Made by a program: the position numbers and the translations under genes | DNA from: an uncultured Acidobacteriota bacterium | GTDB taxonomy: Bacteria > Acidobacteriota > Thermoanaerobaculia > UBA5066 | Direction: 5' to 3' | DNA: 64,000 bases | NCBI GenBank assembly: GCA_963779415.1 | Contig: CAVZYA010000003.1 | Location: 335,561-399,560, forward strand | Notes under the pieces: generated by a model | Database searches by the model: none | Told to the model about the DNA's origin: nothing | The model's input: the letters and a program-made list of their open reading frames with translations, nothing else | Shown: positions 61,801 through 64,000 of the stretch, one piece after another | How positions within the stretch are numbered: the first letter of the stretch is position 1 | Layout: each line of letters opens with the position of its first letter

Positions 61801-64000
61801 CTACGTTCCGCGCGTCAGCTTCTGGAACCTCGGGTTCTTGCGCAGCGGATCGAAGTTGGGATCGATCCTGAGCCAGCCGGGCGAGAGCAGGTAGGGAATC
61901 CTCAGGAGCGGCTCCAGGTGGTCGAGGGCCTTCTCCGGCTCGCCGACGAGAATGTCGATGCGGACGAGCTGGTGCTCGAGGTAGGGGCGAAGGTACGCAT
62001 CCCTGGTCGTGGGCAGGAGCGCGACGGCGCGCTCCCCCTCGCGGATCGCTTCGTTCTTCTTCCCGAGATACGCCAGCGCGAGCCCGTGGAGGGCATGGAG
62101 CTGGGCGTCCTCGGGCGCCGAGCGGAGCTGATCTTCGAAGGCCTCCCTCGCCTCCTGGGCATGGGAGCGCATTTTCGCCGCGTCACCCTTCAAGGCGTAG
62201 GCCTGGACGAGACAAAGGCTCCAGCCCCCCTGTTGTTGTCGAAGGCGCTCGGCGTCAGGCGAAGGAGCAGTTCGCGCTGCTCTTCGTCGAGAACCCAGAC
62301 GAGATCGAAGTAGGTCGCCAGATACGACACGATCGCGGCGGGGGCGACCTCCCGGGGCGCGGCGCTCAGCACGGCCGGGGCTTCCGCGAGATCTCCCTCC
62401 CCGAGGAACGTCATCGCCTTTTGCTCGATCAGGGTGAGGTTCGCGGGTGCGAAGAGCGAGCCCACGGTCGAAGACTTCGCGCGCTTCGGAATATCGCCTC
62501 ATGCTACGCAGCGCGATGCCGAGCGTCCACTTGTTGTTGACCGAGCGGGGATCGAGGCGTTCCGCCTGCCTGAAGTGCTCCACCGCCGCGTCCCAGTGTC
62601 CGAGGCTCTGCTCGGTCAACGCGGTTGCCCTGAGGAGATCTGCGTTGCCGGGCGCGATGCGCCGCCCCTTCGCATACTGCTCCAGCGCGCGGCTGAGGTC
62701 GCCGACGACCACGCGCATGTACGTGCCGAGCGCCAGGTATCCGTCGGGCCGGTCCGGGGCGAGCGCCACGGCCCTCTCCGCCGCTTGCCGCGCGTGCTCC
62801 GCCAGATCGGGCGTCGGCGTACTGTTGCCATGCAGGATCGAGTCGGCCTTGGAGATCTGTGCCCATGCCCGTGCAAAGCCAGGGTCGAGGCCACGGCCTG
62901 CTCGTAGAAACCGAGTGCCTTGCGAAGGCTGACCGGGATCGTTGACGGCCATGCTCTTCGAAGCCTCCTCGCCCTTGAGGAAGGCGTCGTAGCCGGCCAG
63001 GTTCCGTGTGGGTGTCTCCGCGAGCCGCTCCCCCTCTCTTGCGCCGATCGCGACATCGAGGGCCTGCGCCACACGCGTCGCGATGTCCGACTGCACCTGA
63101 AAGACGTCCGTCAGCGCGGCGTCGAACGGCTGTTGCCACTTCGAGGTGGCGGCGCCGGACTCGTTCACTTCGACCAGCTCCGGGCTACCGGACGCGGCCG
63201 TGCTTCCGGTCCTCTCCCATCGGACTGTGGCCGTCAGCAGGTATTTCGCTCCCAGCTCGTGGGCGATCTGATTCGGCGTCTTTGTCGTCTTCTTGTACGG
63301 TGTCGAGCTGGCTCTGGCGATCACCTCCACGCCCGGCAAGGAAGTGAGCTTGCCTCGCACGGCGTCCGCGACGCCGTCGGCGAAGTAGTCGTCCTGGAGG
63401 AGTGCCGAGGTTCTCGAACGGCAGCACGGCGAGGCGCTTGACGCCGTCGACCTCGCCGGCGGCCTTCCAAGGCCGCCTCAGAAGGAAGAGGCCCGCGACC
63501 GAGAGAACGACGAGGGCCGCAACGGCGATGAGGAGGTTCCTCCTTCCAGCCCGTGGCGCGGCCAGCCGCGCGCCGCCCGGGACGGCCGGCGAGGACTGCT
63601 CGGAGAGCGCGAACACGATGTCCTTCGCCGACTGAAAGCGGTTGTCCCGATCCTTCTCCAGGCAATGGAGCACGATGTGGTCCAGAGCAGGCGGGACGCT
63701 CCGTCCCGATTGAGACGGCTCCGGCGGCTCGTCCCTCATGATCGCCGCCATCGTGTCGCTCGCCGTGTCCCGCCTGAACGCCTTCCTGCCCGAGAGCAGC
63801 TCGTAGAGGATCGTCCCGAAGGAGAAGATGTCCGAGCGGTGATCGACGGAGAGTCCCCGCACCTGTTCGGGCGACATGTAGGAAACCGTCCCCATGATCG
63901 TCCCCGGCCGCGTGTGACCCAAGACGGTCGGCGCGCTCGTCTCCCGGCTCGGGGCAGTCGCCTCCACCCGCTTCGCCAGGCCAAAGTCGAGGATCTTGAC
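61801..64000 (-). CDS. Ser/Thr kinase-TM-TolB-N-like-TPR protein (5' end outside window, several frameshifts)
   Basis: VKILDFGLAK at the window edge, GTVSYMSPEQ, TM segment NLLIAVAALVVLSVAGLFLL, RLAVLPFENLG, TPRs and C-terminal IDPNFDPLR.NPRF. Confidence 0.88.

Overview
High-GC bacterial chromosomal segment from a Gram-negative organism with LPS/Kdo genes. The gene repertoire suggests Acidobacteriota, possibly Thermoanaerobaculia-like; this is inference only. It is mostly core genes: manC (partial), pgpA, recA, purH, lolA, yajQ, a polyprenyl synthase, kdsB-pyrG-kdsA, kdsD, kdsC, efp, tatAC, ctpA, citrate synthase, two lon paralogs, nrdR, thiL, aroA and lpxH. The main non-core elements are: (i) a complete MtrC-MtrA-MtrB-like porin-cytochrome operon (48962-54012, two decaheme cytochromes plus a beta-barrel) whose MtrC lacks a lipobox and whose MtrA carries an extra CxxC; (ii) an exosortase H module co-transcribed with a secreted four-repeat Ig-like protein that has no visible sorting tail; (iii) several envelope enzymes from eukaryote-associated families (TMTC-like and PIG-V-like GT-C transferases, an Aur1/PAP2_3 protein inside the Kdo cluster) and a eukaryote-type citrate synthase; (iv) a very large sigma-54 activator with a degenerate kinase/STAND/TPR N-terminus; (v) many apparently leaderless genes, including an identical 18-bp promoter/start sequence at kdsD and lpxH. 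About 13 genes, including essential pyrG, carry small frameshifts that are best read as sequencing or assembly indels. No rRNA, tRNA, CRISPR array or transposase was recognised.
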